Assembly (NCBI GenBank): GCA_017445205.1
Contig: JAFSUP010000023.1
Coordinates: 1-59,319, forward strand
Direction of reading: 5' to 3'
Origin: Synergistaceae bacterium
GTDB taxonomy: Bacteria; Synergistota; Synergistia; Synergistales; Aminobacteriaceae
Length of the DNA: 59,319 nt
Positions within the stretch are counted from its first letter, which is position 1. Each line of letters starts with the position of its first letter. Shown here piece by piece: positions 8,646-17,882 of the stretch. The notes beneath the pieces were generated by a model, which worked only from the letters and a program-made list of their open reading frames with translations, was not told the origin of the DNA and did not search any database. The translations under genes and the position numbers were made by a program.

Positions 8646-9809
8646 ATGAAAGCAAAGAAATTTTTTGCCGCGCTTCTTCTATTCGCGTTGTCAGCAACAA
8701 CAGCGCACGCAAAAATCACAGAGCAGCAGGCTTTAAGCGATGAGCGAATTGCACCTTACGTCGAAATCACAAAGCAGCAAGGCGCGAAACTCTTGCCGGG
8801 GCGTTACGCTCACGTTAAAGAAACTTTATCGCGAGTTAATCCCGCAGAAAAAATTTATGCGCCTACGGCTATCGTAGCCGAAATCGGAAATTTTAATTCC
8901 GAAAATAACGCCTTTCCTTCAAACTTCGACGTTTGGGGCGAAAATCTCACTCACGCTTATATAACTCTCGATACGTCCGGGGCTGTTCCGATTATGAAAA
9001 CATATATTGCGAACGACGCGGGCGAATATGAAGTCTTCGCTGAAGATTTTGCGGTCGTTATGCCAGAGGATAATAAAAAATATGCGTGGCTCTTAGCGTC
9101 AACAGAGACCGGCGAGATTCGTTATTTTTATCCGTTGAACGATTTTTGGTTCCCTGAAGAATGGTGGGAAGAAGATTGGATTTGCGCTGACGGTTCACAA
9201 ATTAGTCTTGACGATGGCACGATTAGCACAAACGGTCAATCGCTTGGGACATATATAATCTCTGACAACAGAATCGTAATTAAAACTCCCGACGGAAACA
9301 GAGATGTTATATACTGCGTTTATAATCCTTATAATGAATCTCTAGTTATGACGTTCACAAGTGGCCCTAACGGAATGGGCGAGAATGCGGGAGTTTTCAC
9401 AGAGATGGACGACGCTCCCCAAGCTCCTAAAACTCAAGCACCAATGTTCAAAGCGCCTGCGTCCACGACTTCAAAGCCGACGTTCCCGACGCCTTCAACC
9501 ACACCCGCGCCGAAGAATAATTTCCCGACATTCCCAATCGCAAAACCCGAAGTTAATATTGAAGGCGTATGGCAAGCGTATATGAATGGTCAGCAGCTTG
9601 TTCTTCAGTTCCAGGGGAATAATTATTATATTTGGCTCAATGGTCAGCCCGCAGAGATGGGCTCGTTTCAGCGCGACGGAAATAAATTAATCGGTCACAA
9701 AAGCACCGGCGAAGCGTTTCAAAATACTGTTCAAGTTGACGCAGCAGGGAAGAATTTAATTTTGACGGACTCGAATAACTTCAGCATGACTTATCAACGC
9801 GTTCAATAA
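8646..9809 (+). CDS. secreted hypothetical protein with a Pro/Thr-rich linker
   Basis: Signal peptide MKAKKFFAALLLFALSATTAHA, a PTFPTPSTTPAP linker and an AGGAGG RBS. Confidence 0.5.
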   Translation: MKAKKFFAALLLFALSATTAHAKITEQQALSDERIAPYVEITKQQGAKLLPGRYAHVKETLSRVNPAEKIYAPTAIVAEIGNFNSENNAFPSNFDVWGENLTHAYITLDTSGAVPIMKTYIANDAGEYEVFAEDFAVVMPEDNKKYAWLLASTETGEIRYFYPLNDFWFPEEWWEEDWICADGSQISLDDGTISTNGQSLGTYIISDNRIVIKTPDGNRDVIYCVYNPYNESLVMTFTSGPNGMGENAGVFTEMDDAPQAPKTQAPMFKAPASTTSKPTFPTPSTTPAPKNNFPTFPIAKPEVNIEGVWQAYMNGQQLVLQFQGNNYYIWLNGQPAEMGSFQRDGNKLIGHKSTGEAFQNTVQVDAAGKNLILTDSNNFSMTYQRVQ

Positions 9810-9818
9810 AATTAATAA

Positions 9819-9856
9819 AGCAGTTCCCCGGAATTACAAGGGAGCTGCTCTTTTTA
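9819..9856. terminator. bidirectional terminator between convergent genes
   Basis: An AGCAGTTCCCC...AGGGAGCTGCT stem is followed by a T tract. Confidence 0.5.
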
Positions 9857-9857
9857 T

Positions 9858-10349
9858 TTAATATAGCGTTATCCCCTCGACGACAGAGAACACTCCCGCA
9901 ATAATTAAAATACAGCCTAGTAAAATCATAATCGAAATTGAAGCTACGAACGGAGAAGCGCAAATTAGCAACGCCGAGATTATAAGTGCAAGACCGTTTA
10001 GCAGCACGACCCACCAGCCGCGAATTTTCGCACCGCCGAGCCAGAACGCCGCACACGTCCTCGCGATCCCCGTCGAGAATAACCACGCGCCAATTATGAA
10101 CGGCATAAAGAACGCGCTTAAACCCGGCTGCGCCAACATAATCACGCCGGCAATTAAATCAAGAAGGCCAAGTGCTAAAAATCTTTGGAACCTGACAAAA
10201 TACCAGCCCGTAAAATAATTCAAGCTTGATGCAACAAGTCCGCACCCGATAAAAAATCCTGCTGTCATTATCGCTTCAACTGGATAACGAAACGTAAGAA
10301 CACCAAGAAGAATTAAAATTCCTCCCGTAAGATAAAAATTCCAGCGCAT
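9858..10349 (-). CDS. HdeD/DUF308-family membrane protein
   Basis: Six predicted TM helices with the repeated DUF308 pattern (GGILILLGVLTFRYP...). Confidence 0.55.
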   Translation of the reverse strand: MRWNFYLTGGILILLGVLTFRYPVEAIMTAGFFIGCGLVASSLNYFTGWYFVRFQRFLALGLLDLIAGVIMLAQPGLSAFFMPFIIGAWLFSTGIARTCAAFWLGGAKIRGWWVVLLNGLALIISALLICASPFVASISIMILLGCILIIAGVFSVVEGITLY

Positions 10350-10355
10350 AATTTT

Positions 10356-10964
10356 CTACGCCTCCTTCAAAATTTTATTCAAATCTTCCTGCGCCTGTTT
10401 AAGATATGAGAACTGAATCCCATGAAAGCCAAAATCACGAGCGCCGTTTATGTTTTTTTCTAAGTCGTCAATGAAAACGCATTCCGAAGGCACAAGATTA
10501 TATTTTGTGGCTAGAGCCTCATAAATTTTTGGATCTGGTTTTATTAATTTGACATCGCAAGAAAAAATTCCGCCGTCAAGCAGCGGTAAAAAATCTAAAA
10601 CTTCCGGGTTCGCGTTCATGACATAGTGAGAGTAATTTGAGAGGTAAAGCAAACGATAGCCGCGCGATTTTAATTCTTTGAGCCAAACGGGAGTGGCTTC
10701 GCGCTTTCGTAAAGTCCCGCCGACGTGTGCAAAAATTTTTCTAAGTTCGGCTTCGTGTTCGGGGTCATAGTCGATTATGCTTTTAATCACGTCTTCGGGA
10801 TCATCGCCGGCATCAAGCCTGTCCCAACGTCCGCTGCCCCAAACGTCTTCGTCAAGTTTGTCGATTAATTTTTTATCCACGCCGGGAAACTCTCGCTCCA
10901 TGAAGCCGTCCCAATCGAAATCAATTAAAACGTTGCCAATATCAAAAATTATCGTGTTAATCAT
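10356..10964 (-). CDS. HAD-superfamily hydrolase (subfamily IA-like)
   Basis: N-terminal IIFDIGNVLIDF motif I and FIDDLEKN motif IV. Confidence 0.7.
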   Translation of the reverse strand: MINTIIFDIGNVLIDFDWDGFMEREFPGVDKKLIDKLDEDVWGSGRWDRLDAGDDPEDVIKSIIDYDPEHEAELRKIFAHVGGTLRKREATPVWLKELKSRGYRLLYLSNYSHYVMNANPEVLDFLPLLDGGIFSCDVKLIKPDPKIYEALATKYNLVPSECVFIDDLEKNINGARDFGFHGIQFSYLKQAQEDLNKILKEA

Positions 10965-11524
10965 GAAATCTTGACTCCCATTGAGGCAAGCTCTTTGACG
11001 TTCGCGAGATGATTTTTTTCATCGACCCACCCGAGCATGTTCGCAGGGACTTCGACAGAGCGACCGGATTTTAACAAAGCGAGAACGCTTTCACGGACGC
11101 AAAACTCGCTTGCTATTCCACAAACTAAAACATCGTTGCTAATTTCCTGATTTAATTCGCGCTTGGCCTTGTTTCGGGCATTGAAGGCTGAATATTCTTC
11201 TACGTCGTCATTATCGCCCTTGTAAAAAATATTTTCATCGTTAGGACGTTGCGCAGGATTTTTTATTTTCGTGTAGAAGTCCGCGTGAAGTTCCGCGCCG
11301 TGAGTTCCAGCTTGACAATGTAAAGGCCAAGTGCCGCCGTTGGGGATATAGCTGCAATGTTTCGGGCTGTGCCAGTCGGCGGAATAAAAAATTTTTGCGT
11401 CAGGTTTTGAATTAATGAAGGCGATTATGTTTTCGACGGCTTCAAGCGAATGGCCGCAGGCGAGTGAGCCATCAATAAAATCATATTGACAATCAACGAC
11501 TAAAATATCTTTTGACATTTTCAA
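10961..11524 (-). CDS. pncA: isochorismatase-family cysteine hydrolase, nicotinamidase-like
   Basis: ILVVDCQYDFIDGSL and CGIASEFCV catalytic-Cys motifs. Confidence 0.65.
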   Translation of the reverse strand: MKMSKDILVVDCQYDFIDGSLACGHSLEAVENIIAFINSKPDAKIFYSADWHSPKHCSYIPNGGTWPLHCQAGTHGAELHADFYTKIKNPAQRPNDENIFYKGDNDDVEEYSAFNARNKAKRELNQEISNDVLVCGIASEFCVRESVLALLKSGRSVEVPANMLGWVDEKNHLANVKELASMGVKIS

Positions 11525-11533
11525 AATTTCCTT

Positions 11534-12160
11534 TCATTTCTCGATTAAAAATTTTTCAGCAAGCTCGGCGGCAATCCTCAAAGAATTTTCGCGAACGTTA
11601 GGGCTAATTTTCCCGGCGAATAATTCGCTCACGCTTTTGAAATTTAATAACGACAGTTGCGTCAGAAGAATAATTTCATCGTGATTAAATTTTTGCGACG
11701 AATAAAAATTTACGAGGTCGGGAGCAAGTCCCCAATTTTCGAGCCATCGCCACAAAAATTTCCAGCTTGAAGCCTCGGGCGGGACGTTCGGCTCTCCTAA
11801 TAGTTTCATGCTCCAGTAGAGATTTGCAAGTAGTTCGTCATCAGCTTGACCGATGGTGAGATATTTTTTAATTATGTTCGTCCATTTAATCGCGGTTAGA
11901 ATTGTTTCGCGGCGTTTCCTAAGTGGCAGCATGTCGTCGGCAATTTCAAATTCATCAATGTAATAATTCGTTGTATTTTTTTTCTTTTTGAGGCCGAACT
12001 TTCCCCATATAAAAGGCTCTGTATCTCCGCTTGAGCGTCGCGCCGTAACGTTGACAATCCCGAAGCCCTTCAAAAACAGTTTCAGCCATAAATTTTTTTC
12101 GCCCGAAATATCGCGATAGAGAATTACGCCCGAAACTGTGAGAAAATTTCCCTCAAGCAT
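11534..12160 (-). CDS. RecO-like DNA repair protein (short form without zinc finger)
   Basis: N-terminal OB-fold-like pattern GVILYRDISGEKNLWLKLFLKGFGIVNVTARR, then a helical domain. The assignment is tentative. Confidence 0.4.
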   Translation of the reverse strand: MLEGNFLTVSGVILYRDISGEKNLWLKLFLKGFGIVNVTARRSSGDTEPFIWGKFGLKKKKNTTNYYIDEFEIADDMLPLRKRRETILTAIKWTNIIKKYLTIGQADDELLANLYWSMKLLGEPNVPPEASSWKFLWRWLENWGLAPDLVNFYSSQKFNHDEIILLTQLSLLNFKSVSELFAGKISPNVRENSLRIAAELAEKFLIEK

Positions 12161-12290
12161 AAAATCCGAATTGCCCTCCCGCTGAAAAATTTTTCAAAAT
12201 TATATAACGAGTGTAAATTAAGATATAATTATTCGAACCAAAATTTCAAATTCTATTTTCAAAAATTTTGAGGGGAGTGTTTATATCACG

Positions 12291-13655
12291 ATGAACCTGC
12301 CGACGTTTTTAGGCGGTGTACATCCGCCCGAAGGCAAAGCTCTCACGGAGAACAAGGCAATCGAAAAATTAATGCCCGAAAATCCCGGAGAGTTATTCGT
12401 TTATCCATTGTCCCAACATATAGGCGCACCATGTGCCCCACTTGTTAAGAAGGGCGACGCTGTGCTTGTCGGTCAAAAAATTGCAGACACTGAAGCATTT
12501 GTTTCAGCTCCGATTTTCTCCGGCGTGTCAGGGACTGTCAAAGAGATTGCTCCGAAGATGACAATCGCAGGCAGCATTGAAAACTGTATCGTCATTGAGA
12601 GCGACGGAAAGTATGAAAAAGCTCCTTCGCTTCTTGAAGAGCTTGGCCACAAACCCGAAGCTTCTGACTACGTGAAATTGATTCGTGCCGCCGGTATTGT
12701 AGGACTTGGCGGAGCATGTTTCCCTACGCACGTAAAACTTTCGCCGCCGAAGGACAAAGTTATTAATTGGGTGATTGTCAACGCCGCGGAGTGTGAACCG
12801 TATTTAAGCTGCGATAATCGACTCATGATTGAAAGCCCCGACGAGATAATCAGAGGCCTTCAATACGCGCTTGAAATTTTCCCGAACGCTCAAGGAGTTA
12901 TCGCTATCGAGAACAACAAGCCCGAAGCTATTAAGACCATGACCGAGCATAACAAGAATCCAAAAATTAAAATCATGCCTCACAAGGTCAAGTATCCGCA
13001 GGGCGCAGAAAAAATGTTAATCAAGTCCGTAACGGGTCAGGAAGTTCCATTAGTTCCGGCCTTGCCTGCTGATGTCGGCTGTATCGTTCTTAACACCCGC
13101 ACGACGTGGCAAATCTGCAAAGCTATTGAAGAAGGCTTGCCCGTGATTGAGCGAGTTATCTCTGTAACCGGCGACGCTGTGAACGAACCAAAGAATTTAC
13201 AAGTGCCGCTCGGAATTTCAGTCAGAAAATTAATCGACGCTTGCGGAGGTTTCAAAGAAGAGCCCGTGAAGATTATCGCAGGCGGCCCAATGATGGGACT
13301 TGCAATGCGTTCGGTAGATGTCCCGGTAGTGAAAGGGACTTCGGGAATTTTAGCTTTGACTTCAAAACTTGCTTACATTGCCGAAGAGAGCGCGTGCTTA
13401 CGCTGCGGAAAATGTGTTGAAGCTTGCCCAATGCACTTAGAGCCGACTTTGCTTGACCATGCTGTCAGAAGACGCGACTATGAAACATTTGAAGCTCACG
13501 GCGGAATGAACTGCATAGAGTGCGGCTCGTGCGCTTATTCGTGCCCGGCGTCAAGACACTTAGTTCAGAGTTACAAGAACGGCAAAGCGGCTGTCAACGA
13601 AGCTAGAAAGAAAGCTGCGGCACTTGCGAAAGAGAAAGCGGAGGCGAAAAAATAA
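12291..13655 (+). CDS. rnfC: Rnf electron transport complex subunit C
   Basis: Two ferredoxin motifs (CLRCGKCVEACP, CIECGSCAYSCP), an NADH/FMN-binding core and operon context. Confidence 0.9.
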   Translation: MNLPTFLGGVHPPEGKALTENKAIEKLMPENPGELFVYPLSQHIGAPCAPLVKKGDAVLVGQKIADTEAFVSAPIFSGVSGTVKEIAPKMTIAGSIENCIVIESDGKYEKAPSLLEELGHKPEASDYVKLIRAAGIVGLGGACFPTHVKLSPPKDKVINWVIVNAAECEPYLSCDNRLMIESPDEIIRGLQYALEIFPNAQGVIAIENNKPEAIKTMTEHNKNPKIKIMPHKVKYPQGAEKMLIKSVTGQEVPLVPALPADVGCIVLNTRTTWQICKAIEEGLPVIERVISVTGDAVNEPKNLQVPLGISVRKLIDACGGFKEEPVKIIAGGPMMGLAMRSVDVPVVKGTSGILALTSKLAYIAEESACLRCGKCVEACPMHLEPTLLDHAVRRRDYETFEAHGGMNCIECGSCAYSCPASRHLVQSYKNGKAAVNEARKKAAALAKEKAEAKK

Positions 13656-13657
13656 TT

Positions 13658-14605
13658 ATGTCAACACAGCTAACAGTATCAACTTCACCGCACGTTCATT
13701 CAGAATTTTCAACGCGCGGGATAATGTTCTCGGTTATTCTTGCTTTGCTTCCCGCCGGAATCGTCGGAACTTATTTTCTTGGACTTCGTTCGCTCGCTGT
13801 CATAGCTACCTGCATTATCGCTTGTGTCGCGAGTGAATGGTTCTGGCAAAAATGCGTAATGAAAACAAAAACGACAATCGGCGATTTATCCGCAGTCGTT
13901 ACGGGCTTGCTGCTTGCTTATAACTTACCGCCGACGATGCCGTTATGGATGGCAATCTGCGGTTCAATTTTTGCGATTATCGTTGTCAAAGGCTTTTACG
14001 GCGGTCTTGGCTGTAACATTGTCAACCCCGCATTAGCTGCCCGCGCAATGATGTTAATTTCTTGGCCCACAGCTATGACTACGTGGACGGTGCAAGGAAT
14101 GTCAGGCGCGACTCCGTTGGCCGCAATGAAAGCCGGGAACGCCGTTAATGTTTCATGCTGGGACATGCTCGTAGGCAACATGGGCGGCTGTATCGGCGAA
14201 GTAAGTTCGGTTTTGTTAATACTCGGCGGAATTTATTTAATTTGGGAAGAAGTAATTTCGTGGCGAATCCCTGTTGTTTATATCGCAACGACGGCAATTT
14301 TAGCGGCGTTATTCGGACACGGCGGCTTCATGACCGAAATTTTCACGGGCGGTTTGTTAATTGGAGCTTTATTTATGGCTACTGACTACACGACCTCACC
14401 GATGAGCGCGAAAGGACAATATATTTATGCTTTCGGCTGCGGCTTGCTAACCGCGTTAATTAGAACTTGGGGCGGCTATCCTGAAGGCGTTTCGTTCTCG
14501 ATTTTAATAATGAATATCGCTGTGCCGTTGATTGACCAGTACACAGCACCGAGAATTTTGGGTGCACCGAAAAGCAATTTCTTCAAGAGAACGGGGGGCA
14601 AATAA
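13658..14605 (+). CDS. rnfD: Rnf complex subunit D
   Basis: NqrB/RnfD-like membrane protein with the FMN attachment region MSGATPL. Confidence 0.9.
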   Translation: MSTQLTVSTSPHVHSEFSTRGIMFSVILALLPAGIVGTYFLGLRSLAVIATCIIACVASEWFWQKCVMKTKTTIGDLSAVVTGLLLAYNLPPTMPLWMAICGSIFAIIVVKGFYGGLGCNIVNPALAARAMMLISWPTAMTTWTVQGMSGATPLAAMKAGNAVNVSCWDMLVGNMGGCIGEVSSVLLILGGIYLIWEEVISWRIPVVYIATTAILAALFGHGGFMTEIFTGGLLIGALFMATDYTTSPMSAKGQYIYAFGCGLLTALIRTWGGYPEGVSFSILIMNIAVPLIDQYTAPRILGAPKSNFFKRTGGK

Positions 14606-14608
14606 ATC

Positions 14609-15181
14609 ATGAACGATAATGTCAAAAAAGCTCTTCACTTAGGCGGAACATTATTCGCAGTTACAGCCGTAACGGGATTGATTCTTGGAGTCGTTCAACA
14701 TTACACGGCTCAGGCTATCGCAAGAGTCGAACAGGAAGCCCGCAACGCCGCATTTAGAATCGTTATGCCGGCCGGAGAAAACTTCGAGACTTTTGAAATC
14801 AAAGAAGACGAGTTTGTCTCTGACGTTCAGAAAGCTAAGGACGCTAACGGCACTGTCGGCTGGTGCTTGACTGTCGGCTCAAAAGGCTACGGCGGAGTCG
14901 TAACTTTCATCGTCGGCGTTACTAAGGACGGCGGAGTTAAGGCCATTAACATTTTGAATCATTCAGAGACTCCCGGACTCGGTGCTAAATCAACAGAGCC
15001 GGAATTTTACGAACAGTTTAACGACAAGAACGCCTTGCCTTTGAAAGTCGTTAAGGGCGCGGCTTCAAATCCTGACGAGATCGCGGCGATTTCAGGAGCG
15101 ACTATAACGTCAAACGCTGTTACAAGCGGAGTTAATGCCGCCGTCGAATATTGGAACAAGAATTTGAAAGGGGCTGAATAA
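14609..15181 (+). CDS. rnfG: Rnf complex subunit G
   Basis: FMN-binding domain with the SGATITS motif. Confidence 0.85.
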   Translation: MNDNVKKALHLGGTLFAVTAVTGLILGVVQHYTAQAIARVEQEARNAAFRIVMPAGENFETFEIKEDEFVSDVQKAKDANGTVGWCLTVGSKGYGGVVTFIVGVTKDGGVKAINILNHSETPGLGAKSTEPEFYEQFNDKNALPLKVVKGAASNPDEIAAISGATITSNAVTSGVNAAVEYWNKNLKGAE

Positions 15182-15184
15182 AAA

Positions 15185-15880
15185 TTGAGCCGAAGTAAAT
15201 TTGGAATCATCACTAACGGAATTTTAGCCGAAAATCCTACGTTCGTTCAGTGTATCGGACTTTGCCCGACGCTTGCAGTTACAACGAGTGTCGCTAACGG
15301 ACTCGGAATGGGCATAGCGGCAACTTTCGTTTTAATAGCGTCGAACGCAGTTATTTCGCTTTTGCGCAAAATGGTGCCCGACGAAGTTAGAATTCCGATT
15401 TTTATCGTCGTTATCGCGGGCTTCGTTACGGTCATTGAATTTTTAATGAAAGGTTTTGCGCCCGAATTAAACAAATCGCTTGGAATTTTCATTCCGTTAA
15501 TCGTCGTCAACTGTATCATTCTCGCACGCGCCGAAGCGTTTGCATCTAAGAACGGCGTTTTTGAATCAGCTCTTGACGGTGTCGGCATGGGCTTAGGCTT
15601 CACGATCGCGTTAATGTTCTTAGGCTCAATTCGTGAGATTTTTGGCGGCGGTACATGGTTCGGAATGCCCGTAGTGAGTTTCGAGCCTGCGATGTTAATA
15701 GTGTTAGCGCCGGGCGGATTTATAATTCTTGGCTGCTGCATGGGAGCATTCAGAGCTATTCAGGCACGCGCTAAAGGAATCGGAGCGGCTCCGGCTGAGG
15801 CTTCAACTGGCTGCGGCTGCTGTGCTATGGCTAAGTTCTGCCACAAAGACAAAGACAACTGCGAGGAGGCGAAAGCATAA
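15185..15880 (+). CDS. rnfE: Rnf complex subunit E, with an unusual Cys-rich C-terminal tail
   Basis: NqrD/RnfE-like sequence (GLCPTLAVT, IPLIVVNCIILARAE). The start is TTG. Confidence 0.9.
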   Translation: MSRSKFGIITNGILAENPTFVQCIGLCPTLAVTTSVANGLGMGIAATFVLIASNAVISLLRKMVPDEVRIPIFIVVIAGFVTVIEFLMKGFAPELNKSLGIFIPLIVVNCIILARAEAFASKNGVFESALDGVGMGLGFTIALMFLGSIREIFGGGTWFGMPVVSFEPAMLIVLAPGGFIILGCCMGAFRAIQARAKGIGAAPAEASTGCGCCAMAKFCHKDKDNCEEAKA

Positions 15881-16467
15881 TGACGTTCACAGAATTAGTT
15901 TTGCTTTTCATAAGCTCAATTTTTGTTCATAACATTTTGCTTTCACGTTTCCTTGGCTGTTGTCCGTTCATGGGCGTTAGCTCAAAGTTAAAGACTGCTC
16001 AAGGAATGGGCGCGGCGGTCGTGTTCGTTATCGTGCTTGCGTCGCTGATGACGTGGCTGACGTATAACTATTTGCTCGTTCCGCTTCATCTTGAATATTT
16101 ATACACGCTTTCATTTATTCTCGTCATTGCGGCTCTTGTTCAGTTTGTTGAGCTTGCCTTGAAGAAATTAAATCCCGTGCTTTACAAGTCGCTGGGAATT
16201 TTCTTGCCGTTAATCACAACTAACTGCGCCGTTCTCGGTGTCGCAGTCTTAAACATGAACGAAGGCTACGGACTTGCGGCAGCTCTTGTGAACGCTCTCG
16301 GCTCGTCGCTGGGATTCTTGCTTGCTATTTCGTTAATGGCCGGTATTCGTGAACGAATCGAAGACAACGAAGGAATCCCTGTAAGTCTTCGCGGCTTGCC
16401 TATGGCTTTAATCACAGCGGGCTTGATGTCGATAGCTTTCATGGGCTTCACTGGAATTATTAAATAA
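15880..16467 (+). CDS. rnfA: Rnf complex subunit A
   Basis: NqrE/RnfA-like sequence (LGCCPFMGVS, LPLITTNCAVLG). Confidence 0.9.
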   Translation: MTFTELVLLFISSIFVHNILLSRFLGCCPFMGVSSKLKTAQGMGAAVVFVIVLASLMTWLTYNYLLVPLHLEYLYTLSFILVIAALVQFVELALKKLNPVLYKSLGIFLPLITTNCAVLGVAVLNMNEGYGLAAALVNALGSSLGFLLAISLMAGIRERIEDNEGIPVSLRGLPMALITAGLMSIAFMGFTGIIK

Positions 16468-16479
16468 GGAGGCTTTCAC

Positions 16480-17313
16480 ATGGATATAATGCACGTATTT
16501 GTAACGCCGCTTGCGTTAATGGGAATCATGGGCGGAGTTTTCGGAGTGTTGCTCGCGATAGCCTCGATAGTTTTCATGGTTCATCAGGACGAACGAATCG
16601 GCTTAATTCGCGCGGCTTTACCCGGAGCTAACTGCGGAGGCTGCGGCTATCCCGGCTGCGACGGTTACGCTTCAGGAGTCGTGAACGACGGCGCGGCGGT
16701 TAATAAATGTTCTGTCGGCGGTGCGCCTGTTGCAGAAAAAATCGCGTCAATAATGGGCGTCGATGCTGGCGAGTCCGTTCCGATGAGAGCATTCTTAAAA
16801 TGCAAAGGAACATGCGAGGCTTCACCGCGTCAGTTAGTTTATGATGGTATCAAAGACTGTCGTAGCGCAGCAACAATCCCCGGCGGCTCTCCTAACGCTT
16901 GCCCGTTCGGCTGTATCGGGCTCGGGACTTGCGTGAGCGTCTGCAACTTCAACGCGCTTTCAATGGGTGATGACGGCTTGCCGAAAGTCAACGTTGACAA
17001 CTGCGTCGGCTGTGGAGCTTGCGTAGCGGCTTGCCCGAAAGGAATCTTTACGCTTATCCCGAAGGCTTCTGATGTCGTTGTCGCTTGTAACTCTCATTGG
17101 AAAGGCCCGATGGTCAAGAGCGTTTGCTCGGCTGGCTGTATCGGCTGCACACTTTGCGCTAAAGTCTGCCCTGTTCAGGCTATCGAAATGGTTAACGACT
17201 TAGCCGTCATAGACCAGACGAAGTGTATAAAATGCAAGAAATGCGCAGAGAAATGCCCGGCCAAGTGCATAAAGACCGGCGAGAAAGTAGAAGTTTTAGC
17301 TAAGAGCGCGTAA
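16480..17313 (+). CDS. rnfB: Rnf complex subunit B
   Basis: N-terminal TM helix, a CGGCGYPGC motif and multiple 4Fe-4S ferredoxin motifs. Confidence 0.9.
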   Translation: MDIMHVFVTPLALMGIMGGVFGVLLAIASIVFMVHQDERIGLIRAALPGANCGGCGYPGCDGYASGVVNDGAAVNKCSVGGAPVAEKIASIMGVDAGESVPMRAFLKCKGTCEASPRQLVYDGIKDCRSAATIPGGSPNACPFGCIGLGTCVSVCNFNALSMGDDGLPKVNVDNCVGCGACVAACPKGIFTLIPKASDVVVACNSHWKGPMVKSVCSAGCIGCTLCAKVCPVQAIEMVNDLAVIDQTKCIKCKKCAEKCPAKCIKTGEKVEVLAKSA

Positions 17314-17334
17314 CTCAAATTTAAAATTAAAATT

Positions 17335-17379
17335 TAGGAGCGAGGAATTTTATTTTGATTCTTCGTTCCTAATTTTTTT
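17335..17379 (+). terminator. rnf operon terminator built from a heptad-repeat arm and its complement (copy f)
   Basis: TAGGAGCGAGGAAT pairs with ATTCTTCGTTCCTA in a 14-bp stem that includes 2 GU pairs. A T7 tract follows. Confidence 0.75.
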
Positions 17380-17403
17380 ATGCCCGATATAAATTAAAGA
17401 CAT

Positions 17404-17433
17404 TAAAAAAATCTCCCACGTTTGTGAGAGATT
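17404..17433 (-). terminator. rho-independent terminator downstream of tRNA-Pro
   Basis: The minus strand reads AATCTCTCAC-AAAC-GTGGGAGATT followed by T7. Confidence 0.6.
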
Positions 17434-17484
17434 CTTGAATTTCTTTTGTCTACTTCCCTTAGATGATTGCAATTATCACTTTTA

Positions 17485-17562
17485 TGGTCGGGACGAGAGG
17501 ATTCGAACCTCCGACCCCCTGCACCCCATGCAGATGCGCTAGCCAGACTGCGCTACGTCCCG
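17485..17562 (-). tRNA. tRNA-Pro (anticodon GGG) with encoded CCA
   Basis: Manual fold: acceptor CGGGACG/CGTCCCG, D stem GCGC/GCGC, anticodon stem TCTGC/GCAGG with loop AT-GGG-GT, T arm GGAGG-TTCGAAT-CCTCT, then discriminator A and CCA. Confidence 0.85.
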
Positions 17563-17608
17563 TAACACTCGAATTATTTTAGCGCATTTTTCTGTATCGT
17601 CAAGCAGT

Positions 17609-17869
17609 TTATTTTTCGCGCTTCATAATCACAAAAAATACATTCGGGTCAAACGTCGTTCTAACTGCAAAAATTTCAGAAACTTCCCAGCCGTCTGCGC
17701 CATATTTGTTCAAAATTTCTTCAATCTGTTGCGACTTCGTGGCCGCGGTCTTTTCTTTCTGAAGTCCGCCGAGCGACCCAAGCGGCACGATTTTATATTC
17801 AAACTGCGCAGCCGAAGCTCCGAACGTAAAACTCAAAATTAAAAATAACGCAAGCAAAAACTTTTTCAT
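17609..17869 (-). CDS. small secreted protein, DUF4177-like
   Basis: The start was moved to MKKFLLALFLIL at 17869 because the upstream gene ends at 17883. The FEYKIV...GWEV pattern supports the family call. Confidence 0.4.
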   Translation of the reverse strand: MKKFLLALFLILSFTFGASAAQFEYKIVPLGSLGGLQKEKTAATKSQQIEEILNKYGADGWEVSEIFAVRTTFDPNVFFVIMKREK

Positions 17870-17882
17870 GATTTTTATTCCT

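Noticed and set aside
15247-15741. 164-aa ORF antisense to rnfE
   Set aside because: It lies fully inside and opposite a strongly recognisable RnfE coding frame. It has low-complexity composition and no RBS, so it is an antisense shadow of a GC-biased membrane gene.
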